From Dehalococcoidia bacterium (GTDB lineage: Bacteria; Chloroflexota; Dehalococcoidia; UBA2979), in contig CBDBMD010000003.1 of NCBI GenBank assembly GCA_965207415.1, positions 2,480,991-2,544,990 on the forward strand: a DNA stretch of 64,000 nt, read 5' to 3'. Positions 54,505 to 63,547 of this stretch are shown here, piece after piece (the stretch's first letter is position 1; each line of letters begins with the position of its first letter). The position numbers and the translations under genes were made by a program. A model generated the notes under the pieces. That model saw only the letters and a list, made by a program, of their open reading frames with translations. It did no database searches and was not told the origin of the DNA.

Positions 54505-55770
54505 TCAGGGCAGGTAGATCCTTGGGTTGCGGCGCACGCCGTTCAGCTCGACCTCGAAGTGCAGGTGCGGGCCCGTGGTGCGCCCGGTGAGGCCTGCGTA
54601 GCCGATGACCTGCCCCGCTTCCACCACTTCGCCGTGCTCGACGGCGAAGTTGCGCAGGTGTGCGTAGAGCGTCGCGAATCCGCCGCCGTGCGCGACCTTC
54701 ACATAGAGGCCGTAGGAGCAGCAGCGGTGACCGCCGACGAAGATCACCCTGCCGGCCGCCGCCGTCTTGATCGGGGTACCGACGGGGGCCTTGATGTCGA
54801 TCCCGAGCGGGTGGCTCGGACCGAAGTACGAGGTGATGATGTCCCGGGTGGGCCAGCCGAAGTCAGGCGAGACGATGCGCCCGCCGGGGACCAGAATCGT
54901 CGCCCCGGCCCGTACGGAACCGTCGCGCGGCAGGTCATTCGCCTCGATGATCTCCGCCACGTTGCCTTCGTAGCGCCTGGCGATCTCATCGAGGGTCTCG
55001 CCGCTGCGGATTTCGTGGATGATCCCGTCCACGCTCGGCACCCGCAGCACCTCGCCCACGCGGAGCAGGTCGGGCTCGTAGATGACGTCCATGTTGTTCC
55101 AGATGATGGATTTGGAGCGGATGCCGAAGCGCTGGGCGATGCCGCTGACCGTGTCGCCCTCGCGCACCTCGTAGCTGAGGAACAGCGAGCGCGGCTGCGC
55201 GTCCCACGCCAGAGCCACCAGCCCGGCCGACGCAGGAACAACCAGCCGGTTGGCCAGGTCCCCGGCATCGACATCCGGGAGGGAATCGCTCCGGGACCGG
55301 GTCACCGCCTCGTCCGGCGCGGGCTCCAGCTCGCTCGCGACCGGGGCGCCGGGCGATAGGGAACTCACGAGCGCCGGCCCGATGGGCGCGGGAGCGGACG
55401 GAGCCGGCGCGGCAAGCTGCTCCCAGGCCGGCGAGGCCGGCTGCCCCCAGGCCGCCGCGCCCGCCATGCCGGGCACCGCGATCTTCGCCGCCCTCAGGAC
55501 CGGCGTCTGAGCTGTGGATGTCACGGTGTCGGGGGGCCGGCCGACAGCGAGCACGACGAGCAAGATGAGCGTGACAACCGCCGCGAACAGCGCGGGCTGC
55601 GCCAGCGGGAGCCCTGGCGCGTCGCCGCCGGCAAGGCGCCGACGCTGGGCATACCCGAGTTCGCGCCCGCTCGTGGAAGGCGGACGCGGAAATCCGAGGC
55701 CGATGCTGCCGATGCCTCTTCCTCCTCCGGTCGGGGTGCGGCCACCCCCGCGCGCTGTGCCGCCAGCCAT
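54505..55770 (-). CDS. LysM-LysM-M23 peptidoglycan endopeptidase (paralog A), membrane anchored
   Basis: Two LysM repeats (YEVREGDTVSGIAQRFG; HEIRSGETLDEIARRY) and an M23 domain (GIDIKAPVGTPIKTAAAGRV, LYAHL, GPHLHFEV). N-terminal TM helix. Confidence 0.8.
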   Translation of the reverse strand: MAGGTARGGGRTPTGGGRGIGSIGLGFPRPPSTSGRELGYAQRRRLAGGDAPGLPLAQPALFAAVVTLILLVVLAVGRPPDTVTSTAQTPVLRAAKIAVPGMAGAAAWGQPASPAWEQLAAPAPSAPAPIGPALVSSLSPGAPVASELEPAPDEAVTRSRSDSLPDVDAGDLANRLVVPASAGLVALAWDAQPRSLFLSYEVREGDTVSGIAQRFGIRSKSIIWNNMDVIYEPDLLRVGEVLRVPSVDGIIHEIRSGETLDEIARRYEGNVAEIIEANDLPRDGSVRAGATILVPGGRIVSPDFGWPTRDIITSYFGPSHPLGIDIKAPVGTPIKTAAAGRVIFVGGHRCCSYGLYVKVAHGGGFATLYAHLRNFAVEHGEVVEAGQVIGYAGLTGRTTGPHLHFEVELNGVRRNPRIYLP

Positions 55771-55935
55771 CCGGGAATGGCGTTTTGCCCTAGAGGCACG
55801 CGGAATCCTAGCACGGCCTGCGCGCCGCTCGTCCCCGGCCGACTGTCACGCCGAGGGACCGTCAGGTCGATCGAGGAGCAGCGCGTCGTGCTGCCGGCGG
55901 CATCGCGCCGCGGGCGATCCTCCGAGGCGGTGTCG

Positions 55936-57237
55936 TCAGGGCAGGTAGATCATCGGGTTGCGGCGCACGCCGTTCAACTCGATCTCGAAGTGCAGGTGCG
56001 GGCCGGTGGTGCGTCCGGTGAGCCCGGCGAAGCCCAGGACGGTGCCCGCCGTGATCTCGTCGCCGCTCGCCACCGCAAAGCTTGCGAGGTGGGCGTACAG
56101 CGTCGTGAACCCGCCGTCGTGCTGCACCTCGACGTAGAGGCCGTAGGAGCAGCAGCGCGTGCCTCCCACGAAGATCACCGTGCCGTCCGCCGCCGCCTTG
56201 ATCGGCGTGCCCACCGGCGCCCGAATATCGATCCCCAGCGGGTGGCTGGGTCCGAAGTACGAGGTGATGATGTCCCGGGTGGGCCACACGAAGTTGAACG
56301 CCGAACTCGTCTGCGGCGCCGCGGCGACCGCGCTCGACGGCGCCGGTGTCGCTGCGGGAGCGGGACGGACCACGGCGGCTGGCCTCGCGACGATGCGCCC
56401 GCCGGGCACGAGAATCGTCGTGTCCGCGTAGATGCTGCCCTCCCGGTCCAGCCTGTTCACCTCGATGATGTCGACGATGCTGGCGTCGTAGCGCTCGGCG
56501 ATCTCGAGCAGCGTCTCGCCGTAGCGGACGCCGTGGAGGATGCCGCCCACGCTCGGCACCTGGATCTCATCTCCCACGTTGAGGAAATCCGCGTCGGGGA
56601 TGATGTCGATGTTGTTCCAGAGGATGTAGTTGGTGGCGATGCCGAAGCGTTCGGCGATCCCGAACACGGTATCGCCCTCCTGCACCTCGTAGCGGAAGAA
56701 CAGCGGGCGAGGCTGTGTCTCGCGTTCCTGGAGTTCGTCCTCGGCCGGCGCGGCCACGGCTACCCGCAACGCCGCTCTCGCGAGGTCGATCTCGGAAGCG
56801 GACTGATCTCCTGACGCGGCCGCCCGGGAAGAAGGCGTGTCGGCTCCCGGATACGTGAGCAGTGCGTTGACGAGCGGCGGCTCAATTCGCTCCGGGGCGG
56901 ACAGCGCCGGCGCCGCCGGCTGCTCCCAACTGGTTGCCCCGGCCATGCCGGGCAGCGAGATCTGAGCGGTCCTCAGTGCGGGATTCGGCTGCGTGGAAGT
57001 GACGGTCACCGGGAAGAACCCGGCGATCAAGACGAGGACGAGGACCAGGCCGACGAACGACGCGTACACCGCGGGCGGCGCCAGCGGCAGCCACGACAGG
57101 CCGGCGGCAGCGATCTGCCGCCGCTGCGACAACGGAAGCTCGCGCCCGGTTGGCGGGCGCGGTCGGGGGAGTACGGGGCCGATACTGTTGATGCGCGCCT
57201 CCTCCGGCCGGAGGCGACCACCCCCGGGGCCGCGCAA
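55936..57237 (-). CDS. LysM-LysM-M23 peptidoglycan endopeptidase (paralog B), membrane anchored
   Basis: Same architecture as paralog A. The 3' approximately 400 nt are nearly identical at DNA level to paralog A, with a Pro/Ala/Ser-rich linker inserted before M23. Confidence 0.8.
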   Translation of the reverse strand: MRGPGGGRLRPEEARINSIGPVLPRPRPPTGRELPLSQRRQIAAAGLSWLPLAPPAVYASFVGLVLVLVLIAGFFPVTVTSTQPNPALRTAQISLPGMAGATSWEQPAAPALSAPERIEPPLVNALLTYPGADTPSSRAAASGDQSASEIDLARAALRVAVAAPAEDELQERETQPRPLFFRYEVQEGDTVFGIAERFGIATNYILWNNIDIIPDADFLNVGDEIQVPSVGGILHGVRYGETLLEIAERYDASIVDIIEVNRLDREGSIYADTTILVPGGRIVARPAAVVRPAPAATPAPSSAVAAAPQTSSAFNFVWPTRDIITSYFGPSHPLGIDIRAPVGTPIKAAADGTVIFVGGTRCCSYGLYVEVQHDGGFTTLYAHLASFAVASGDEITAGTVLGFAGLTGRTTGPHLHFEIELNGVRRNPMIYLP

Positions 57238-57357
57238 ATCAACCGTTCAGGTAGCGATCTACCCGACGGGAAAACAGGATCTTAGCACGGACCAGATGAT
57301 GAGCCGCGACGCGGCGGGTGCGCGGGAAGTCGCGGGCGGTCCGCCCGGCCTTCCCGG

Positions 57358-58875
57358 CTAGAGGATCCCGGACTTCAGATTGCCGAGGAACTCCTCGTTG
57401 GTTTCGGTCTTCGTGACACGCTCGAGCACGTCCTGGGTGGCGTCCGTGCCGTTGTCGCTGATCATCGCGGCCATGCGGCGCAGCAGCCAGACCTGCCGCA
57501 GCTCCTCCTCGGAGAAGAGCAGATCCTCGCGTCGCGTGGAGGAGGCCAGGATGTCGATCGCCGGGTAGACACGCTTCTCGGCGAGCCGCCGGTCGAGCCG
57601 GATCTCCATGTTCCCGGTGCCCTTGAACTCCTCGAAGATCACGTCGTCCATGCGCGAGCCCGTCTCGACGAGACAGGTCGCGATGATCGTCAGCGAGCCG
57701 CCTTCCTCGATGTTGCGCGCGGAGCCGAAGAACCGCTTCGGCGGGTAGAGCGCGATCGGGTCGATACCGCCCGAGAGCGTGCGCCCGCTGGTCGGGACCG
57801 CCAGGTTGTAGGCGCGCGCCAGGCGGGTGATCGAGTCCATCAGGATCACCACGTCCGTGCCGCCTTCGACGAGTCTGCGCGCACGCTCGATCGCCACCTC
57901 GGCGACGCGCGTGTGGTCCTCGACCGGCTCGTCGAAGGTGGAGGCGATGACCTCGCCGCGCACGGAGCGGCGCATATCCGTGACTTCCTCCGGGCGCTCG
58001 CCGACGAGCAACACCATGAGGTGGACTTCCGGGTTGTTGATCGCGATGCCGTGCGCGATCGACTTGAGCAGCATCGTCTTGCCCGCCTTCGGCGGAGAGA
58101 CGATCAGGCCGCGCTGCCCACGCCCCACGGGCGCGAACAGATCGACGATGCGCTGGCTCAGCTCGCTGCTGTCGGTCTCCAGCGTCAGCATGTCGTCCGG
58201 GAAGATCGGCGTGAGTTCCTCGAAGTTGGGCCGCCGCCGCGCGACTTCCGGATCGACGCCGTTGACGGCCTCGACGCGGAGCAGGCCGTAGTACTTCTCC
58301 GAGTCCTTGGGCTGGCGCACCTGGCCGGTGACGTAGTCGCCGCCGCGCAAGGCGAAGCGGCGGATCTGGGACTGGGAGACGTAGACGTCGTTCGGCCCCG
58401 GCACCAGCCGCTCGCCGCGCAGGAAGCCGAACCCGTCATCGACGATGGCGAGCACGCCGCCCGCGTAGATCGTCCCCTGGCGCTCCGCCTGGCTGCGCAG
58501 GATGCGGAACAGCAGGTCTTGCTTGTTGTAGGTGTTCGGGTTCTCGACGCCTTGCTCGGTCGCGAGTTCGACTAACTGCTCCTGCGTGCGCCCTTCGAGT
58601 TCGGCGATGTCCAGGCTCGGCGGTGGCGGCCCGTCGGGGCGAGGAGCACGCTCGCGTCGCCGCCAGCGGCCGCCGTTACGGCCCTCGCGACCCTCGCGGC
58701 CATCCCGGCCCTCGCGATTCTCACGGCCGTCACGGTTCTCGCGCGCGCCGCGGCCCTCGCGGTTCTCGCGAGGTTCGCGCGCCTCACGGCCTTCGGCGTC
58801 GCGGGTCGCGTCGCCAGGCTCTTCGGCAGTGCGGGTGGACGCTTCTCGGCGCCCGCGTGGAGAAGAAGGTGTCAT
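57358..58875 (-). CDS. rho: transcription termination factor Rho with Arg/Glu/Asn/Gly-rich N-terminal extension
   Basis: N-terminal domain/OB-fold region and a RecA-like ATPase with Walker A PPKAGKT; [13 protein letters not shown] and [14 protein letters not shown] are Rho-family signatures. The first approximately 95 aa are [15 protein letters not shown]-type repeats. Confidence 0.9.
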   Translation of the reverse strand: MTPSSPRGRREASTRTAEEPGDATRDAEGREAREPRENREGRGARENRDGRENREGRDGREGREGRNGGRWRRRERAPRPDGPPPPSLDIAELEGRTQEQLVELATEQGVENPNTYNKQDLLFRILRSQAERQGTIYAGGVLAIVDDGFGFLRGERLVPGPNDVYVSQSQIRRFALRGGDYVTGQVRQPKDSEKYYGLLRVEAVNGVDPEVARRRPNFEELTPIFPDDMLTLETDSSELSQRIVDLFAPVGRGQRGLIVSPPKAGKTMLLKSIAHGIAINNPEVHLMVLLVGERPEEVTDMRRSVRGEVIASTFDEPVEDHTRVAEVAIERARRLVEGGTDVVILMDSITRLARAYNLAVPTSGRTLSGGIDPIALYPPKRFFGSARNIEEGGSLTIIATCLVETGSRMDDVIFEEFKGTGNMEIRLDRRLAEKRVYPAIDILASSTRREDLLFSEEELRQVWLLRRMAAMISDNGTDATQDVLERVTKTETNEEFLGNLKSGIL

Positions 58876-59125
58876 GCGCGTTGTGCGCCGTCCTGTTCGA
58901 CGGCATCCAAAACCGGGGACAAGTGGACGGTGTGTAGTCTACCGCACTCTGCAGCGGATTGCACAGAGGGGCTCGCCGCGTTCCAGCAGACGGGGCGCTG
59001 ACCCAGCTTCGTCGTGAGCCGCCTGGCGGTCACCCTCCTCGGCCGAACCCCTCGCAGCCGATGATGCGCGGCGAGCGTCGCAGGCCGTAGCCTGAGAGGG
59101 CAGCGGTGGCGGCAGGAGCCTCGCG

Positions 59126-60883
59126 ATGCACGAACACGTACTCGTCGGCGAACTCGCGGTGATCGGCGTGCTTGCCGTGGCGACGGCGCTCGGGCTGCAC
59201 CGCCTCGGGTTGCCCGCGACCATCGGTTTCCTGATCACCGGCAGCATCGCGGGCCCGCACGGCCTCCACCTCGTCAGCAACACCGACCGCATCATGCAGA
59301 TCGCCGAGCTCGGCGTGATCCTGTTGCTCTTCGCGATCGGGCTCGAGTTCTCGCTCTCGCGGCTGCGCTTCATCTGGCGCGCCGTGGCGATCGGTGGCTC
59401 GCTGCAGGTCGGCGCCACGGCGGCGGCGGCGCTCGCGATCCTCGCGATTGCCGGCGACAGCGTAGAACGCGGTCTCGTCTTCGGGTTCATCGTGGCGCTC
59501 TCGAGCACGGTGGTCGTACTGCGCGTGCTCTCGGTGCGAGGCGAGTTGGCCGCCCCGCACGGCCGCTTCACCGTCGGCGCGCTGATCTACCAGGATCTGC
59601 TGATCATCCCGCTGACGCTCCTCGTGCCGGTCCTCGCCAGCGGGGACGGCAGCCGCTTCCTGTTCGATGCCGGCTGGGCGCTGCTACGCGCCACGCTGGC
59701 GATGGCGGTCCTGCTCGGTGTCGCCCGCGTCCTGATCCCCCGGCTGTTCGCGGCGGTGGACGCGACGCGCACCCGCGAGGTGTTCCTCCTGACCGTGATC
59801 TCGGTTGCCCTCGGCTCCGCCTGGCTGATGAACCAGCTCGGGCTCTCCGTCGCGCTGGGCGCCTTCCTCGCCGGCCTGCTGCTCGCCGATACCGACTACC
59901 GGCATCGCGCCACCAGCGACATCATCCCGCTGCGCGACGTCTTCACGAGCTTCTTCTTCATCTCGCTCGGCATGCTGGTCGACTGGCGGGTGTTCGTGGA
60001 GCAGCCGCTCCTCGCGCTCCTGATCGTGCTCGGCCTGGTTCCCGGCAAGGCGCTGATCGCCTCGCTCGCGGCGGTCGCGATGCGCTACCCCGCCCAGGCG
60101 GCGTGGCGCGCCGGCTTCTACCTCGCCCAGTTCGGCGAGTTCGGCTATGTGGTCCTGATCCTCGGGGCGAACGAGGGGCTGATCACGTCCGACGAGGTAC
60201 GGCTGATCGTCACCACGGGCGTCGTCAGCATCATGCTGTCGCGGCTGCTCATGCGCTGGACCGGCGAGATGCACGCCGGCGAGGTGCTGCTCCGGCCGCT
60301 CGAGCGGCTCCTGCGCGTGCGCGGCATCGACGAGCCGACACCTGATGACGCCGCGCTCGCCGGGCATGTCGTCGTCGCCGGATTCGGCGTCGCCGGCCAG
60401 CTGGTCTCCCGCACGCTGGTGCAGGTAGGCCTCCCTTACCTCGTCCTGGAACTCAACGCCGAGACCGTGCGCGACGCCCGCCTGGAGCACGAGCACGTCT
60501 ACTACGGCGACGTCACCAGCCGCGAAGTGCTGGAGCACGCGCGGCTCGCCCACGCCCGCGCCCTGGTGCTGCTGATCAACGACCCGCCCGCCGCACGCAG
60601 CGCGATCGGCGCCGCACGCGAGGAAAACCCGGAGATCCTGATCCTCGTGCGCACGCGCTTCGTCGCCGAGCGGGAGGGCCTGCTCGCGCTCGGCGCCGAT
60701 CTCGTGGTCTGCGAGGAGATCGAGAGTGGCGTCGAGATGTCCGCCCACGTCCTGCGCGAGCTGGGCCTCGACGCTCCGACAATCCGCCGTCGCGTCGGCG
60801 AGCTGCTGACCGACACGGAGGGTACCGATCTGACCGGAGGCAGCGGGGAGTGGATCCAGGCGCTGGGCGACCGCTCGCGCTAG
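59126..60883 (+). CDS. CPA2 family monovalent cation:proton antiporter with C-terminal RCK/TrkA-N domain (KefB/KefC-like)
   Basis: A 12-13 TM Na+/H+ exchanger core (start MHEHVLVGELAVIGVLAVATALGL) followed by a Rossmann GxGxxG VVVAGFGVAGQLV and RCK domain. Confidence 0.8.
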   Translation: MHEHVLVGELAVIGVLAVATALGLHRLGLPATIGFLITGSIAGPHGLHLVSNTDRIMQIAELGVILLLFAIGLEFSLSRLRFIWRAVAIGGSLQVGATAAAALAILAIAGDSVERGLVFGFIVALSSTVVVLRVLSVRGELAAPHGRFTVGALIYQDLLIIPLTLLVPVLASGDGSRFLFDAGWALLRATLAMAVLLGVARVLIPRLFAAVDATRTREVFLLTVISVALGSAWLMNQLGLSVALGAFLAGLLLADTDYRHRATSDIIPLRDVFTSFFFISLGMLVDWRVFVEQPLLALLIVLGLVPGKALIASLAAVAMRYPAQAAWRAGFYLAQFGEFGYVVLILGANEGLITSDEVRLIVTTGVVSIMLSRLLMRWTGEMHAGEVLLRPLERLLRVRGIDEPTPDDAALAGHVVVAGFGVAGQLVSRTLVQVGLPYLVLELNAETVRDARLEHEHVYYGDVTSREVLEHARLAHARALVLLINDPPAARSAIGAAREENPEILILVRTRFVAEREGLLALGADLVVCEEIESGVEMSAHVLRELGLDAPTIRRRVGELLTDTEGTDLTGGSGEWIQALGDRSR

Positions 60884-60904
60884 CGGTCCCGGCCCGCCCG
60901 TTAC

Positions 60905-61372
60905 TCAGAACGGCTTGTAGATCGCCAGCCAGGTCATCACCGGCACCGTGACGACCATCAGCGTGCCGAAGACCACCGGCACGCGGTCGTTGATCGCGTC
61001 CTCGAGTTCCTTGGTGGTCTCGCCTCGCTTCTTCGCCTGCAGCGCCAACAGCCGCACCCGCCGCAGCCCGACGCCGAGCAGCGGCAGGAAGATGAAGACA
61101 TCGACGGCGTAGATCAGCTCGAGCGCCAGCAGCCAGCCGGTGGTGACGAGGTTGGTGTTCTCCGAGGCCGCCCAGGCGAAGCCGGTCAGCCCCGTGGCCA
61201 GCATCCCGGAGAGCAGCCAGCGCGTCTCGTTCTGCTGCGCCTCGGTCAGCAGCGTCGCGCGCAGGTTGATGTCGGAGGTGGCCCAGGCGCGCCAGACGGC
61301 AACCATCACGGAGCCGAGTCCGGCCATCATCCAGAACAGCGCCAGCACGTGCAGCAAGCGGAAGAAGGTCAT
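60905..61372 (-). CDS. hypothetical integral membrane protein (4 TM; DUF2269-like)
   Basis: 155 aa with four predicted helices. The family assignment is tentative. Confidence 0.4.
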   Translation of the reverse strand: MTFFRLLHVLALFWMMAGLGSVMVAVWRAWATSDINLRATLLTEAQQNETRWLLSGMLATGLTGFAWAASENTNLVTTGWLLALELIYAVDVFIFLPLLGVGLRRVRLLALQAKKRGETTKELEDAINDRVPVVFGTLMVVTVPVMTWLAIYKPF

Positions 61373-61420
61373 CGCGGCTCCGCGATTCGGGCGCGCTCGC
61401 CCGGGCTCAGCGCCTCACGC

Positions 61421-63061
61421 TCACGACGACGCAGCCTGCGAGGCCGCCTCCCGCGCCGCGGCGGTGCGGTACTCCAGCGCCGCCCCCACGAAGTCGCGGA
61501 ACAGCGGCTGCGGGCGCAGCGGCCGCGAGGTGAACTCCGGATGGAACTGCGTCCCCAGCATCCAGGGATGGTCGCGCAGCTCCATGATCTCGACCAGCTC
61601 GCCGTTCGGCGAGCAGCCCGAGGCGATCAGGCCGTGCTGCTCCAGCACCGGCAGCAGCTTGTTGTTGACCTCGTAGCGGTGGCGGTGCCGTTCGCGCGCC
61701 TGCTCCCGTCCGTAGGCCGCGGCGGCGTGCGTACCCTCGACCAGCCGGCAGTCGAAGCCGCCGAGGCGCATCGTCCCGCCGTAGTCCTCGATGCCGCGCT
61801 GCTCGGAGAGCAGTGAGATCACCGGGAACGGGGTCCGCGGATCGGCTTCCGTGGTGTTGGCCTCGGGCATCCCCGCGACGTTGCGGGCGAACTCGCAGAC
61901 CATCATCTGCAGCCCGAGGCAGACACCGAAGTAGGGGATGCGCCGTTCGCGCGCATACGTCGCGGCGGAGATCTTGCCCTCCAGCCCGCGGTCGCCGAAG
62001 CCCGGACAGACGAGGATGCCGTCGACCTCGCCGATCGCCTCCTCCGGCGACCGCGTGTCGAGCTCCTCCGAATGCACCCAGTGGAAGTTGATCCGCACGC
62101 GATGGAAGACGGCGGCGTGGATCAGTGCCTCACGGATCGAGAGATAGGCATCGTGCAACTCCACGTACTTGCCGACCACGGCGATCCGCACCTCGGAGTC
62201 GGGATTGCGCAGCCGCTCGACGAAGTCGCGCCAGTCGTCCAGGTCGGACACGGGGGTCTCGATGCCTATGCGCTGCAGCACCAGGTCGGCGAGCCCGCAC
62301 GCCTCGAGGACCAACGGGATTTCGTAGATCGAGTCGGCCGTCTGGAGGGGAATGACCGCCTCGCGCTCCACGTTGCAGAAGAGGCCGATCTTCTCGCGCA
62401 GCGCCTCCGGCGCGGGCTGGTCGGCGCGCGCGATGATCACGTCCGGCTGGATGCCGAAGGAGCGCAGCTCCCGCACCGAGTGTTGCGTCGGCTTGGTCTT
62501 CAGCTCGCGCGTGGAACCGATGTAGGGCAGCAACGTCACGTGGATCGAGGCCGTCGCGTCCACGCCCAGCGTGTGCCGCATCTGCCCGATCGCCTCGATG
62601 AACGGCTGGCTCTCGATGTCGCCGATGGTGCCGCCGACCTCGACGATCACGATCTCGGCGTCCAGCGCGCTGCCGGCCTCGCGGATGCGCTTGCGGATCT
62701 CGTTGGTGACGTGCGGGATCTGCTGGATCGTGCCGCCGAGGAAGTCGCCCTTCCGCTCCTTGCGGATCACCTCCTCGTAGATCTGGCCCGAGGAGGTGGA
62801 GTTGGCCTGCGAGAAATTCTCGTCGAGGAAGCGCTCGTAGTGTCCGAGGTCCAGGTCGGTCTCGGCGCCGTCATCGGTGACGAAGACCTCGCCGTGCTGG
62901 TAGGGGGACATCGTGCCGGGGTCGACATTGATGTAGGGGTCGAGTTTGAGGACGGAGACACGGAGTCCGCGGGCGCGCAGGATGCGGCCGAGCGAGGCGG
63001 TGACGATCCCCTTCCCGACGGAGCTCACGACGCCGCCCGTGACGAAGATGTACTTCGGCAT
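61421..63061 (-). CDS. pyrG: CTP synthase PyrG
   Basis: MPKYIFVTGGVVSSVGKG N-terminus, a glutamine amidotransferase class I domain with a GFGDRG-like motif (CPGFGDRGLEGK), and a conserved LGLQMMVCEF segment. Start at MPKYIF preferred. Confidence 0.95.
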   Translation of the reverse strand: MPKYIFVTGGVVSSVGKGIVTASLGRILRARGLRVSVLKLDPYINVDPGTMSPYQHGEVFVTDDGAETDLDLGHYERFLDENFSQANSTSSGQIYEEVIRKERKGDFLGGTIQQIPHVTNEIRKRIREAGSALDAEIVIVEVGGTIGDIESQPFIEAIGQMRHTLGVDATASIHVTLLPYIGSTRELKTKPTQHSVRELRSFGIQPDVIIARADQPAPEALREKIGLFCNVEREAVIPLQTADSIYEIPLVLEACGLADLVLQRIGIETPVSDLDDWRDFVERLRNPDSEVRIAVVGKYVELHDAYLSIREALIHAAVFHRVRINFHWVHSEELDTRSPEEAIGEVDGILVCPGFGDRGLEGKISAATYARERRIPYFGVCLGLQMMVCEFARNVAGMPEANTTEADPRTPFPVISLLSEQRGIEDYGGTMRLGGFDCRLVEGTHAAAAYGREQARERHRHRYEVNNKLLPVLEQHGLIASGCSPNGELVEIMELRDHPWMLGTQFHPEFTSRPLRPQPLFRDFVGAALEYRTAAAREAASQAASS

Positions 63062-63157
63062 CAGCCCTCGGATGGTTGGGGAGGACACGGACCATATTCC
63101 GCGCGCGTCGCGGAGGTGTCAACGATCAGGGGGCGCGCGGCGCTCATGAGCAGGCCG

Positions 63158-63547
63158 CTACGGATCGCCTGTGTAGTCCTCTAGCTCGTCCAACGCCGGG
63201 GCGCGTCCGATACCCCAGAGGGTCACATCCCGACTTCGCTCGAAATCAGCATGGAACTCGAACCAGACCATGCACTCCGGCACATCCGGGAATCCGGGCT
63301 CCGTGAGGAGCAGCCCGTCACGGATCGGTTCGTCGCCCGCAACGACCCTGATTCGGGGATGCTCCCGGCTCTCCCGGTACGCCTCGATCTCGCGATCGAG
63401 GACATGCTTGATGCCGCGCTCGAGCAGGTACAGCCACGCGACGGCTCCCGGCACCAGCGAGCGGAGTTGCCCCGAGAACTCGGATGTTACCTCGAAGTGG
63501 TGTGTCCAGCGGCCGGGCGGCTGCTCACGAGGAAGATCTCGTGGCAC
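63158..63547 (-). CDS. hypothetical 129-aa protein overlapping the 3' end of a Panacea-domain gene (candidate toxin partner)
   Basis: Its ORF start overlaps the upstream gene by 23 nt on the same strand. No recognisable domain. It could also be a chance ORF in GC-rich DNA. Confidence 0.3.
   Translation of the reverse strand: MPRDLPREQPPGRWTHHFEVTSEFSGQLRSLVPGAVAWLYLLERGIKHVLDREIEAYRESREHPRIRVVAGDEPIRDGLLLTEPGFPDVPECMVWFEFHADFERSRDVTLWGIGRAPALDELEDYTGDP

Noticed and set aside
58939-59571. 210-aa minus-strand ORF spanning the rho-kefB divergent intergenic region and the kefB 5' end
   Set aside because: Overlaps the start of a well-supported CPA2 antiporter on the other strand and the likely promoter region; no motifs.
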